64,000 nt of DNA from an uncultured Clostridia bacterium (GCA_937876205.1 CALEII010000052.1:381-64380); one strand, 5' to 3'. Counted from the stretch's first letter, positions 28,635 through 37,960 are shown. The notes: a model not told the origin generated them from the sequence alone. Numbers and translations: made by a program.

Positions 28635-29275
28635 TGAAGTTCCTCCGAATTTGTAATGTTGTAGCAAAGTGTCATCAGACTGTCGTTGAGGTGGACATTT
28701 TCAACCAGCACATCGGGGTGGTCATCGTGAATGTTATAATGGCTGAAATTCCAGAAAGCTTTTATTCCGCTGTCAACAAGCTTTTGAGTTACTTCCTTGC
28801 CTGCATTTGAGGGGATACAGAGAATAGCAGCTGTGGGGCTGTATTTTTTGCAGAAATCTTCAACAGTGTCAAAGCTTCTTACTTTTATGTTGTTGATTTC
28901 AAGTCCTTCAAGATTTTTATCTGAATCAAAAATTGCAGACAGCTCAAAGCCTTTTGTCTGAAAATTAAGATGCTGTGCAATTGCTCTGCCGAGATTGCCT
29001 GCACCCACCAGAATAACACTGTAGCTGTTTTCTATGCCGATTATATTACCTATGCTTTTTCTGAGCTCTTCAATTTTATAACCGTAGCCCTGCTGACCGA
29101 AGCCGCCGAAGTGATTAAGGTCCTGTCTTATCTGTGAAGCTGTAAGCCCCATTCTCTCAGCCAGGTTTTTTGAAGATATTTTTTCAATTCCTTCTTTCTG
29201 AAGAATACCCAGAAAACGGTGATATCTCGGCAATCTTGATATGACTGACTTTGGAATTGTGTTATTATTTTTCAT
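28631..29275 (-). CDS. rex: redox-sensing transcriptional repressor Rex
   Basis: IPKSVISRLPRYHRFL winged-helix N-terminus and Rossmann motif ILVGAGNLG. Start taken as ATG 29275; the ORF-track TTG at 29308 would overlap icd. Confidence 0.88.
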   Translation of the reverse strand: MKNNNTIPKSVISRLPRYHRFLGILQKEGIEKISSKNLAERMGLTASQIRQDLNHFGGFGQQGYGYKIEELRKSIGNIIGIENSYSVILVGAGNLGRAIAQHLNFQTKGFELSAIFDSDKNLEGLEINNIKVRSFDTVEDFCKKYSPTAAILCIPSNAGKEVTQKLVDSGIKAFWNFSHYNIHDDHPDVLVENVHLNDSLMTLCYNITNSEELQ

Positions 29276-29294
29276 AAATCTGACCTTTTCCGAA

Positions 29295-30458
29295 TCAGAG
29301 CTTTTCAACAGTATCCATTACATACTGACCGAATTCACGGCAGGTGCATCCGTTGTCTCTGCCTGTTATTGTCATTTTCTTCTCTGTAAGCATACAGATG
29401 TCAAGAGCCTTTTCAAGCTTGTCAGCCTCTGCCTGCTTGCCGATGTGTGAAAGAAGCATTACAGCAGCTCTGAGCATTGAGCAGGGGTCAGCATACTGAG
29501 CTCTGCCTTCTTTTACCATTCTGGGAGCTGAGCCGTGAATTGCTTCAAACATAGCATACTTCTTACCCAGGTTAGCAGAACCTGCAGTGCCTACGCCGCC
29601 CTGGAATTCAGCAGCTTCGTCTGTGATGATGTCACCGTAGAGGTTGGGGAGGATGAATACCTTGAAATCTGTTCTTCTCTTGGGGTCGATAAGTTTAGCT
29701 GTTGTGATATCAATATACCATTCATCTGTTGTGATTTCGGGGTAGTCTTTACCGACTTCTTTACAGAGATTGAGGAACTTACCGTCTGTTGTTTTGATAA
29801 CATTGGCCTTCTGGATGATAGAAACTCTGTCCTTCTTGTTGTTTCTTGCGTAGTCGTAAGCAAGCTTTGCAATTCTCTGACAGCCTTCTGTTGTTGTTAC
29901 AACGAAGTCAAATGCGAGCTCATCGTCAACATTTACACCCTTTGAACCGACTGCATAAGCACCTTCTGTGTTCTCACGGAAGAATGTCCAGTCAATGCCC
30001 TGTTCGGGAACCTTTACGGGACGCACATTTGCGAACAGGTCAAGAGCCTTACGCATAGCAACGTTTGCGCTTTCGATGTTGGGAAGACCGTCACCTGCCT
30101 GAGGTGTTGTTGTAGGGCCCTTGAGGATAACATCACAAGCCTTGAGCTCTTCAAGAACGTCATCAGGAATAGCTTTCATATGGGCAACACGGTTTTCAAT
30201 GGTGAGGCCGTCAATGTCTTTGAAAACGATTTTGCCAGAATCAACATCATCTTTAAGAAGATATTTGAGCACAGTTGCAGCCTCGTGTGTGATTGTGGGG
30301 CCGATGCCGTCACCGCCGCATACGCCGATGATGATCTGTTCTTTATTTGCGAAATCTGTAAATTCTTTTACTGACTTGATTTTTTCATTTCTTTCTGCCT
30401 GTTCTCTTACGAGAGCTTCAAATTTTTCAACGGCAGCCTTGATATTTGCTTCTGTCAT
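29295..30458 (-). CDS. icd: isocitrate dehydrogenase (isocitrate/isopropylmalate dehydrogenase family)
   Basis: Family motifs NLYGDIITDEAA and GSAP. Sits immediately downstream of aconitase. Start taken as ATG 30458 (SD aagggtga). Confidence 0.8.
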   Translation of the reverse strand: MTEANIKAAVEKFEALVREQAERNEKIKSVKEFTDFANKEQIIIGVCGGDGIGPTITHEAATVLKYLLKDDVDSGKIVFKDIDGLTIENRVAHMKAIPDDVLEELKACDVILKGPTTTPQAGDGLPNIESANVAMRKALDLFANVRPVKVPEQGIDWTFFRENTEGAYAVGSKGVNVDDELAFDFVVTTTEGCQRIAKLAYDYARNNKKDRVSIIQKANVIKTTDGKFLNLCKEVGKDYPEITTDEWYIDITTAKLIDPKRRTDFKVFILPNLYGDIITDEAAEFQGGVGTAGSANLGKKYAMFEAIHGSAPRMVKEGRAQYADPCSMLRAAVMLLSHIGKQAEADKLEKALDICMLTEKKMTITGRDNGCTCREFGQYVMDTVEKL

Positions 30459-30514
30459 TTTTTTCACCCTTACAATTTTTTAATTGCGAATTTTGTCGGT
30501 TTTACCCCGACAAA

Positions 30515-32449
30515 TTACTTGTTTGCGCCTGTGTAATTGAGAAGTCCGCCGAAAGTGAGCATATTCTTCTGTCTTGCGGTGAAACCACCGGCAAGAACAT
30601 ATTCTTCACCCTTTGTTTCGTTAACAAGAACAACATCTGTGTCATTAAGAATTGCAGACTTGATGTCCTTGAGTGTAACTACATCGAACTTGTCAATTTT
30701 ATCGTAATCCTCAGCATTTTTGAATGTGAGAGGAATGATACCTGAGTTGATAAGGTTATTTACGTGAATTCTTGCAAATGATTTTGCAACAACAGCTCTG
30801 ATGCCAAGGTAAAGAGGAACAAGAGCTGCGTGTTCTCTTGATGAGCCCTGACCGTAGTTTGCACCGCCTACAATGATACCGCCGCCCATCTTTTTGCAGT
30901 TTTCTGCAAAGTCTTCGTCACACTGTCTGAAACAGAACTGTGAAAGGTGAGGTACGTTTGAACGGTAGGGGAGAATCTTTGCACCTGCAGGCATAATATG
31001 GTCTGTTGTGATATTGTCTCCTACCTTGAGCATAACCTTTGTTGAAACGGAGTCTGTAAGAGCTGTGCCAAGGGGAACGCTCTTGATGTTGGGACCGTAG
31101 ATAACATCTACACCGGGAGCTTCTTCACTTGTTGCGGGAAGTTCAACCATATTGTCATTGATAAGGAACTTCTCGGGCATAGGGAATACGGGCATTTCGC
31201 CGAGAGCCTTTGCGGGGTTTGTGAGAACGCCTGTTACAGCTGATGCAGCTGCAACCTCGGGGCTTACAAGGTAGATGCCGGCATCTGCTGTACCGCTTCT
31301 GCCTTCAAAGTTTCTGTTGAATGTACGAAGTGAAACGCCCTTTGAGTTGGGTGACTGACCCATACCGATACAGGGACCGCAGGCACTTTCAAGAATTCTC
31401 GCACCTGCAGCAATCATATCTGCAAGAGCACCGTTTTCTGCGAGCATTGTGAGAACCTGTTTTGAGCCGGGAGCGATTGAAAGGCTTACATTCGGATGTA
31501 CCTTTTTGCCCTTGAGGATGTGAGCAACCTTCATCATATCCATAAGAGATGAGTTTGTACAGGAACCGATACAAACCTGATCAATTGTGATTTCACCGAT
31601 TTCATCAACTGATTTTACATTGTCGGGCATATGGGGCATTGCAGCCATGGGAACAAGCTCTGAAAGATTGATTTCAACAACCTTGTCATAAACTGCATCT
31701 TCGTCAGCAATAAGCTCAACCCAGTCTTCTTCTCTGTCCTGAGCCTTGAGGAATGCCTTTGTGACATCGTCTGAGGGGAACACCGATGTTGTTGCACCAA
31801 GCTCAGCACCCATATTTGTGATAGTTGCTCTTTCGGGAACTGAAAGTGTAGCAACGCCTTCACCTGTGTATTCAATGATTCTGCCTACACCGCCCTTGAC
31901 GGAGAGGATTTCAAGAACCTTGAGAATAACGTCTTTTGCAGCAACCCAGGAGGGGAGCTTGCCTGTAAGATTTACCTTTACGATTTCGGGCATTGTGATG
32001 TAATATGTGCCGCCGCCCATAGCAACTGCAACATCAAGACCGCCTGCACCCATAGCGAGCATACCGATACCGCCGCCTGTGGGAGTATGGCTGTCTGAGC
32101 CTAAGAGTGTCTTGCCGGGCTTGCCGAATCTTTCAAGATGAACCTGATGACAGATGCCGTTGCCTGGTCTTGAGAAACGGATGCCTCTCTTTTTTGCAAC
32201 AGTCTGTATAAATCTGTGGTCATCAGCGTTTTCAAAGCCGTTCTGAAGTGTGTTATGGTCAATATAAGCAACTGAGAGTTCTGTCTTTACTCTTTCGATG
32301 CCCATAGCTTCAAACTGAAGATATGCCATTGTGCCTGTAGCATCCTGAGTGAGAGTCTGATCGATACGAAGGCCGATTTCTTTGCCCTTTATCATTTCAC
32401 CCTCAACAAGATGGCTTTTTATAAGTTTTTCTGCAATAGTGTAACCCAT
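30515..32449 (-). CDS. aconitate hydratase
   Basis: Fe-S cluster ligand motifs GSCTNS and CGPCIG, plus a swivel domain. The start was moved to ATG 32449 (SD ggagga). Confidence 0.9.
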   Translation of the reverse strand: MGYTIAEKLIKSHLVEGEMIKGKEIGLRIDQTLTQDATGTMAYLQFEAMGIERVKTELSVAYIDHNTLQNGFENADDHRFIQTVAKKRGIRFSRPGNGICHQVHLERFGKPGKTLLGSDSHTPTGGGIGMLAMGAGGLDVAVAMGGGTYYITMPEIVKVNLTGKLPSWVAAKDVILKVLEILSVKGGVGRIIEYTGEGVATLSVPERATITNMGAELGATTSVFPSDDVTKAFLKAQDREEDWVELIADEDAVYDKVVEINLSELVPMAAMPHMPDNVKSVDEIGEITIDQVCIGSCTNSSLMDMMKVAHILKGKKVHPNVSLSIAPGSKQVLTMLAENGALADMIAAGARILESACGPCIGMGQSPNSKGVSLRTFNRNFEGRSGTADAGIYLVSPEVAAASAVTGVLTNPAKALGEMPVFPMPEKFLINDNMVELPATSEEAPGVDVIYGPNIKSVPLGTALTDSVSTKVMLKVGDNITTDHIMPAGAKILPYRSNVPHLSQFCFRQCDEDFAENCKKMGGGIIVGGANYGQGSSREHAALVPLYLGIRAVVAKSFARIHVNNLINSGIIPLTFKNAEDYDKIDKFDVVTLKDIKSAILNDTDVVLVNETKGEEYVLAGGFTARQKNMLTFGGLLNYTGANK

Positions 32450-32484
32450 ATTGTCCTCCGTTTTTACATTAAAATACATTATAT

Positions 32485-32513
32485 ATAATATAACTTTGTT
32501 GATTTGATGTCAA
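32485..32513 (-). promoter_or_regulatory. sigma-A type promoter for the aconitase-icd-rex operon
   Basis: On the minus strand: TTGACA, 17-nt spacer, TATTAT. Confidence 0.55.
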
Positions 32514-32642
32514 GTGTAAAGCATAATTTCTAAGAGGTTGACAATTATTTTAAAAATATACAACATAATTTATTGATTTTTTTGTTCTGTAGTGGTATCA
32601 TTATAGTATTAAATTTCAGACAATGTAAGGAGTTCTGATGAT

Positions 32643-34118
32643 ATGGACAAAAAGTTAAAGGCAGGTATTGCTGTGGCAGCTGTAGGCTCTGCAGTCGCCG
32701 CAAATCTTATAAAGGCAAAAAGATTTGTTCCCGAAGCAAAGGTCAGTGAGCCTCTGCCCGAGGAGCGAGTTGATGTTGAAAGATACACTCAGAATCTTTC
32801 AGATGCAATTAAAATAAAGACAATTTCAAATGTAGATGAAGACAAGGTTGACTGGAGTCAGTTTGATGCTCTTCATAAGCTTTTTGAGGAGAGATATCCT
32901 CTCATTCACAAAACTCTTAAAAAAGAAATTGTCGGCAAAGCAAGTCTTCTCTACACCTGGGAGGGCAAGAATCCCGACCTGGAGCCCATTGCACTTTTAG
33001 GTCATCAAGATGTAGTACCTGTTTCTGCGGGCACTGAGCAGGACTGGGAACACGATCCCTTCGGCGGTGAAATTGCAGACGGTTATGTATGGGGCAGAGG
33101 CGCAGTTGATATGAAAAATCACGTTGTAGCCGTGCTTGAATCAGTTGAGACTCTTCTTGAAGACGGCTTTGTTCCTGAAAGAACAGTTTATCTGTGCTTC
33201 GGTCATAATGAAGAAGTTGTTGCTTCACCAAACAACGGTGCAAAGAAGATTTCAGCTCTTCTTGAAAGCCGTGGCGTGAGACTTGACAGCGTTCTTGACG
33301 AAGGCGGCGCAATTCTTCCCATCAAGGTTCCCGGAATTATCAACAAGAACCTCGCAGGTATCGGAATTGCCGAAAAAGGCTACTGTGACTATAAAATCAG
33401 CCTTACAGCAAAGGGCGGTCATTCATCAACACCTCCCAATCATACAGCACTCGGTAAAATGGCAGATGTAATCAAGGATATTGAAAATAATCAGTTCAAG
33501 TCAGAGATTACTCCCGTTGTTGACGGTATTCTTGACAAGGTCGGCAGAAACACATCCTTCCTTGCAAGAAATATTCTTTGCAATGCAAAGTACCTCAAGC
33601 CTGCACTCAAGGTTGTTATGTCAAACATCCCTGCTGCAGCTTCATTTGTCAGAACGACAACAGCCGTCACAATGGCAGAGGGAAGCCCTCAGGCAAATGT
33701 TCTGCCTCAGAAGGCATCTGTCAGCGTCAATTTCAGAATTATGCCCGGTATGACTATTGCCGATGTCAAGACACATCTTCAGAAGGTCATTAAGAATAAG
33801 AATGTTGAAATTGAACTTCTCGGCGGTCAGGAGCCTTCAAATGTTTCTCCCACAGATTCAAGAGCATTCAAGGCTATTGAAGACATCTGCTACAGAATGA
33901 ACAATAATAACGTTGCCGCACCTTATCTTGTTATGGGCGGTACAGATGCAAGAAACTATCAGAACATCTGTGATAATGTTTACAGATATTCTCCGTTCCT
34001 TCTTCCCACAAGCCTTCTTACAACAACTCACGGCACAAATGAAAGAATTGAAGTTGCTTCATTCCCCGATGCACTTGCATTCTTCAAGAGATATATAAAG
34101 ACTCTCGCATCCTGCTGA
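32643..34118 (+). CDS. M20-family metallopeptidase (carboxypeptidase-like), N-terminal membrane anchor
   Basis: LLGHQDVVP, WGRGAVDMK and GHNEE motifs are typical of the M20 family. Confidence 0.82.
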   Translation: MDKKLKAGIAVAAVGSAVAANLIKAKRFVPEAKVSEPLPEERVDVERYTQNLSDAIKIKTISNVDEDKVDWSQFDALHKLFEERYPLIHKTLKKEIVGKASLLYTWEGKNPDLEPIALLGHQDVVPVSAGTEQDWEHDPFGGEIADGYVWGRGAVDMKNHVVAVLESVETLLEDGFVPERTVYLCFGHNEEVVASPNNGAKKISALLESRGVRLDSVLDEGGAILPIKVPGIINKNLAGIGIAEKGYCDYKISLTAKGGHSSTPPNHTALGKMADVIKDIENNQFKSEITPVVDGILDKVGRNTSFLARNILCNAKYLKPALKVVMSNIPAAASFVRTTTAVTMAEGSPQANVLPQKASVSVNFRIMPGMTIADVKTHLQKVIKNKNVEIELLGGQEPSNVSPTDSRAFKAIEDICYRMNNNNVAAPYLVMGGTDARNYQNICDNVYRYSPFLLPTSLLTTTHGTNERIEVASFPDALAFFKRYIKTLASC

Positions 34119-34137
34119 TAAAATTTTAATTATTTAC

Positions 34138-34166
34138 TTGCAAATTATGTTATTGTGTGATATTAT
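34138..34166 (+). promoter_or_regulatory. sigma-A promoter with extended -10 for the small gene at 34206
   Basis: TTGCAA, 17-nt spacer ending in TGA, TATTAT (TGnTATTAT). Confidence 0.55.
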
Positions 34167-34205
34167 TTTATTGAACACAAGTATTTTTGAAAGAGAGGTG
34201 TAATT

Positions 34206-34373
34206 ATGGATATCAGCTCAATCATCGTTACTCTTGACTATCTTCTCAGAATGGCTATGAATATGCTTGATAAGATTATGAAAACTCTTGGTATTAAGAC
34301 TACAGTAGCAGAAACTACTACAGAAGGTGCAACAGAGGCTGAGACAACCACAGTTGCAGAAGAAATCATCTGA
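34206..34373 (+). CDS. small hypothetical protein, 55 aa (not in the ORF track)
   Basis: SD agagaggtg lies 6 nt before the ATG. Translation: MDISSIIVTLDYLLRMAMNMLDKIMKTLGIKTTVAETTTEGATEAETTTVAEEII. It has its own promoter and is followed by a strong terminator. Confidence 0.6.
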   Translation: MDISSIIVTLDYLLRMAMNMLDKIMKTLGIKTTVAETTTEGATEAETTTVAEEII

Positions 34374-34392
34374 TTATTATTCTGAAATAAAG

Positions 34393-34426
34393 AACAAGCA
34401 GTGCCAACAGGCACTGCTTGTTTTTG
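34393..34426. terminator. rho-independent terminator (serves convergent genes)
   Basis: 13-bp perfect stem AACAAGCAGTGCC / GGCACTGCTTGTT, loop AACA, then a T-run. Confidence 0.85.
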
Positions 34427-34444
34427 CTTTTATTTCATTTTCTA

Positions 34445-35743
34445 TCAGATTATTGCAAGTGTAAAAAGTGATGCTGCAAGTGTGGGGAGCGCAACGGCTG
34501 TACCGTATTTTGTGAATCTTGCAAAATTCATTCTGACATTACTGCCTTTGAGCATATTTGTCCACATTATTCCTGCAAGGGCACCCAGAGGGGTGAAGAA
34601 GGCACCCAGATTTGAACCGATGACAGAGGCATAAAGTGCCTGACTATAGCTTGCAGTGTCAGCAAAATTCGTGATTGATGAATACAGAACGCTCATAGGA
34701 ATGTTGTTGATAAGATTTGCTGCCAGAAATGAGGTTGCCCCGAAGGTCAGAACTGTGTTACCCTTTGAAAGGGTTGCTGCAATCATTTCTGTTATACCTG
34801 AATTCTGAAGTGCAAGAACAATGACAAACATTGAAAGCACAAAGGGAATTGTTTCAACAGGTGTTCTTTTTATTGTTTCACCAAGAGCTGAAAAGCCCTT
34901 CTTTCTGGTTGTGTAGTAAACGGTTGCTGTTATGAAAAGACTTATACAGAATCCAAGTGAAATTATCCACATAGGAAGATTGATGTATGATGAAATAACC
35001 ATAAAAATCAATGAGCCTGCAAGGTGAATGAGACCGATTGCAACGGCAGGCTTGTCTTTGATTTTTTCTTTTATGCCTGATGCTTTTATCGGTTTTGAAA
35101 GTCTTGTTCTGAATATGAGATAAAGGACAATAAGCGATACAACACCGGCTGCCGCTGTGGGTAAAGCCATTTTAAGAGTATATGATGCAAACGAAGCGCC
35201 TGCATTTGTTGCAAGATAAATATTCGTGGGGTTTCCGATAATAAGAATCATACTCCACGTGTTAGCAGCGATAAATTCCGTTATAAGATAGGGAATAGGG
35301 TCAATTTCCGCATTCTTTGCAAAGTAGCAGATAAACGGAGTGAATGTGAGCACGATTATATCGTTTGATGTGAAAATTGTGAGTACTGAAACTGTTACAT
35401 ACAGATAAAAGAAAAGCGTTAACTGACTTTTACCTGCTTTTTCAAGAACAGCCGACGCAAGAAATCTGAAAAAACCCACACAGTCAAGATAAACTGAAAT
35501 AAGTGTCATTGAAATAAAGAGGATAAGTATTTTCAGGGGATTGACAGCACTGTCAGACGTGAATGATGCTATGATGTCATTTACAGAAACATTGCCTGTC
35601 AGAAGCATTGCAACAGCACCTGTAAAAGGAACAACCCAGAAAATCGGAACAGTTGCATTTTTAATTGTGACAGAGGGTTTGAGAAATGCCACAACCATAA
35701 GCAGAACACATGTCAATGCGGCAATAATAAGTACAGTAGTCAT
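34445..35743 (-). CDS. ArsB/NhaD-superfamily (citrate-transporter-like) permease
   Basis: 432-aa polytopic protein whose size and pattern match ArsB/NhaD permeases. The substrate cannot be inferred. Confidence 0.65.
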   Translation of the reverse strand: MTTVLIIAALTCVLLMVVAFLKPSVTIKNATVPIFWVVPFTGAVAMLLTGNVSVNDIIASFTSDSAVNPLKILILFISMTLISVYLDCVGFFRFLASAVLEKAGKSQLTLFFYLYVTVSVLTIFTSNDIIVLTFTPFICYFAKNAEIDPIPYLITEFIAANTWSMILIIGNPTNIYLATNAGASFASYTLKMALPTAAAGVVSLIVLYLIFRTRLSKPIKASGIKEKIKDKPAVAIGLIHLAGSLIFMVISSYINLPMWIISLGFCISLFITATVYYTTRKKGFSALGETIKRTPVETIPFVLSMFVIVLALQNSGITEMIAATLSKGNTVLTFGATSFLAANLINNIPMSVLYSSITNFADTASYSQALYASVIGSNLGAFFTPLGALAGIMWTNMLKGSNVRMNFARFTKYGTAVALPTLAASLFTLAII

Positions 35744-35821
35744 ATTTTTTCTCCGTTAAAAGTTTTTCACAAACGCAGAAATTATATCACTGCGGCAATT
35801 ACAATTCAATATAAAAATCCA

Positions 35822-35857
35822 ACAAAAAAACAGCGGTTTTTACCGCTGTAATTTATT
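35822..35857. terminator. bidirectional rho-independent terminator
   Basis: Stem ACAGCGGT / ACCGCTGT flanked by an A-run and a T-rich tract. Confidence 0.7.
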
Positions 35858-35863
35858 GTATAT

Positions 35864-36964
35864 TTACTTATTCATAAAGTGTTTTAAAGCTAAAGCTGAG
35901 GCTGTTGCAATTCCTGCTGTCAGGAGAATTTTTTTACCGAGCTTTATTCCTTCGGAAACGGATGAAGGGGAGTGTGTGTATACAAATTCTTTCGCAGGCC
36001 ATTCAAGACGGAAATTATCAATATCCTTTGCAGTAACGGTGAATGTTTCGTATCTGTCAGGACTGTTTTCATAAATATCAAACACTCTGCCGCCTCTGTT
36101 TTTGCCGGGGCCGTAGATGTTGAAGCCCATTCCTTGAGTATAGCCCAGGTCAAGACTGCCGTGCTTCACAATAAAGCTGTTGTTGTGGTCGTGACCAAAG
36201 AAAAGACCGAGAACATCACCTTTTTCTTTGAGTGCTTCAACCTGTCTGCCTTTTTCGTCGGGTGATGCTGCATTTTCACCCATAAAAGAGCGCTCAGAAA
36301 CTGCGTATGGGGGAAGTCTGTAATAGCTGTCTGCAAATTTTCCCGCACCCTGCAGTGCTTTGTATGTTCCTTTCTTGACTTTCACAAAACAATCATAAAT
36401 ATCAGCGGGCGGAATATGCTGAAAAGCAAGAGCAGGTATAAAACTGCCGTTTTTTTCGGCAAGCTCATCTCTTTTTACGATATATTTATCAATAAGCTCA
36501 TTTTTTACGGGTAAATATTTCCCATTGACTTTTAAGCCGGAATCAAAACAATAAACACAGAATTTCGCAGTGGCATTATTGTCATAAACTGGGATGCAGT
36601 CAAAGTCATAGTTTTCGCCGATAAAATTATCATATAACTTATATATATTCCATTGAAATTCAGCATCAGCTTCTCCGAAAACATCGTGGTTGCCGAAAAC
36701 AGCTGTGAAAGGAATTCCTGATTCCTTTATCGGTGCGAGAATATTATTAAGTGTAATTGCCGCATTTGTCTTGCTGTCACCATGAGCCATTGTGATTCCG
36801 TAACCTTTTATCTGGTCACCTGTAAGAACAATAAGGTCAGGCTGTGTTTTTGCAATAATTTCTCTTGTAAGATTGACTGTGTCAGGGTTTGTTCTTGTAA
36901 TTTCCTGAATATCTGATAACTGAAGTATTCTGAATCTGCCGTTATTGAATCTGAGTTTTGTCAT
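35864..36964 (-). CDS. calcineurin-like metallophosphoesterase with C-terminal membrane anchor
   Basis: The start was moved to ATG 36964 (SD ggggtga), because the ORF-track extension runs through tRNA-Glu. Motifs LSDIQ, LTGDQ, GNHD and GHDHNN. Confidence 0.82.
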   Translation of the reverse strand: MTKLRFNNGRFRILQLSDIQEITRTNPDTVNLTREIIAKTQPDLIVLTGDQIKGYGITMAHGDSKTNAAITLNNILAPIKESGIPFTAVFGNHDVFGEADAEFQWNIYKLYDNFIGENYDFDCIPVYDNNATAKFCVYCFDSGLKVNGKYLPVKNELIDKYIVKRDELAEKNGSFIPALAFQHIPPADIYDCFVKVKKGTYKALQGAGKFADSYYRLPPYAVSERSFMGENAASPDEKGRQVEALKEKGDVLGLFFGHDHNNSFIVKHGSLDLGYTQGMGFNIYGPGKNRGGRVFDIYENSPDRYETFTVTAKDIDNFRLEWPAKEFVYTHSPSSVSEGIKLGKKILLTAGIATASALALKHFMNK

Positions 36965-36982
36965 ATAATCACCCCGTAAAAT

Positions 36983-37014
36983 AAAAAAGCACTTCAGAAC
37001 CGAAGTGCTTTTTT
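36983..37014 (-). terminator. rho-independent terminator downstream of tRNA-Glu
   Basis: Stem AAAAGCACTTC / GAAGTGCTTTT. A T-run follows on the minus strand. Confidence 0.7.
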
Positions 37015-37015
37015 G

Positions 37016-37090
37016 TGGTGACCCGGACGAGAATCGAACTCGTGTTACCGCCGTGAAAGGGCGGTGTCTTGACCGCTTGACCACCGGGCC
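37016..37090 (-). tRNA. tRNA-Glu (anticodon TTC), CCA encoded
   Basis: The reverse complement is GGCCCGGTGGTCAAGCGG...CCGCC CTTTCAC GGCGG...ACGAG TTCGATT CTCGT CCGGGTC ACCA. Confidence 0.92.
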
Positions 37091-37117
37091 ATATTACCGA
37101 CAGCTTAAGCTATCGGT

Positions 37118-37194
37118 TGGTAGCGGCAATCGGATTTGAACCAATGACCTGTCGGGTATGAACCGAATGCTCTAGCCAGCTGAGCTATGCCGCC
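37118..37194 (-). tRNA. tRNA-Met (anticodon CAT; elongator-like), CCA encoded
   Basis: The reverse complement is GGCGGCATAGCTCAGCTGGCTAGAGC, with anticodon loop TTCATAC and T-arm ATTGG TTCAAAT CCGAT. It resembles Bacillus elongator tRNA-Met, but a lysidine-modified Ile2 identity cannot be excluded. Confidence 0.85.
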
Positions 37195-37285
37195 GTCTTG
37201 GTTGCTTTTGTTCAGCAACGTGTGTTATTATAAAGCATCAGGTCCGATTTGTCAATACCTTTTTTTAAATTTTTTTCAATTTTTT

Positions 37286-37960
37286 TTAAAGCTTTTCTAT
37301 AATCTGTTTTATGACCTCTGTGAGCTCCACAGGTTGACTGGCATTAAGCACTCTGTAGCTGTCTGCAGCAGTGTCATCTGCCGTGTCGCTTATCTGCCTG
37401 ATTGCAAGGAAGGGAACGCCTGCATCATAGCAGACTGAAGCCTCTGCACCCGTTTCCATATCAAACTCAGTTATATTAAAAGTCTTTTTATAAAGCTCTT
37501 TTCTTTCTTTGTCTGCAAGGAAAAGGTCACCGCAGCCACAGACTGCAGTTTTCATTCCTTCAATTTTCATTGCTGCTTCAAGAAGAGCTTTATCTGCTTC
37601 GTATACATATTTTTTCTGGGGCTTTACACCAAGCTCATAGCCGATAGCAGTCAGGTCAAAGTCACATTCAGTGTATGATGTGCCTGCAACTATATCGTTC
37701 TTGGCGAGACCTGAGATTGCGCCTGAAAGACCGAAGCTTATTATCGCATCAACCTTGTCATCTGCTATAAGGAATGCTGTAACTGTTGCGGCGTTGACTT
37801 TGCCTATGCCTGCTTTGACAGCAACAATTTCTTTGCCTGCGTAGCTGAATTCTATGCTTTCTTTACCTCTTCTTACAGATTCCTTTGCTCCCTGTTCCTT
37901 GGCGAATGCAAGAAACGGAATGTATTCGTTGTCATCTGCTATAACAAAACCGATTTTCAT
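37286..37960 (-). CDS. mtnN: MTA/SAH nucleosidase-family protein (PNP_UDP_1 fold)
   Basis: IGKVNAA, the FDMETGAEA catalytic-region pattern and LAIRQISD match Pfs/MtnN-type nucleosidases. Confidence 0.72.
   Translation of the reverse strand: MKIGFVIADDNEYIPFLAFAKEQGAKESVRRGKESIEFSYAGKEIVAVKAGIGKVNAATVTAFLIADDKVDAIISFGLSGAISGLAKNDIVAGTSYTECDFDLTAIGYELGVKPQKKYVYEADKALLEAAMKIEGMKTAVCGCGDLFLADKERKELYKKTFNITEFDMETGAEASVCYDAGVPFLAIRQISDTADDTAADSYRVLNASQPVELTEVIKQIIEKL

Noticed and set aside
32497-32514. A possible Rex operator, TTGTTGATTTGATGTCAA, overlapping the -35 element of the aconitase-icd-rex promoter.
   Set aside because: The left half matches the Clostridial Rex consensus (TTGTTAA-N4-TTAACAA) at 6 of 7 positions, but the right half matches at only about 4 of 7. 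That is too weak to call without a position-weight-matrix scan or binding data.
36965-37084. The N-terminal extension of ORF 35864-37084 given in the track.
   Set aside because: The extension reads through the terminator hairpin and tRNA-Glu. An internal ATG at 36964 has a good SD and begins the metallophosphoesterase domain.
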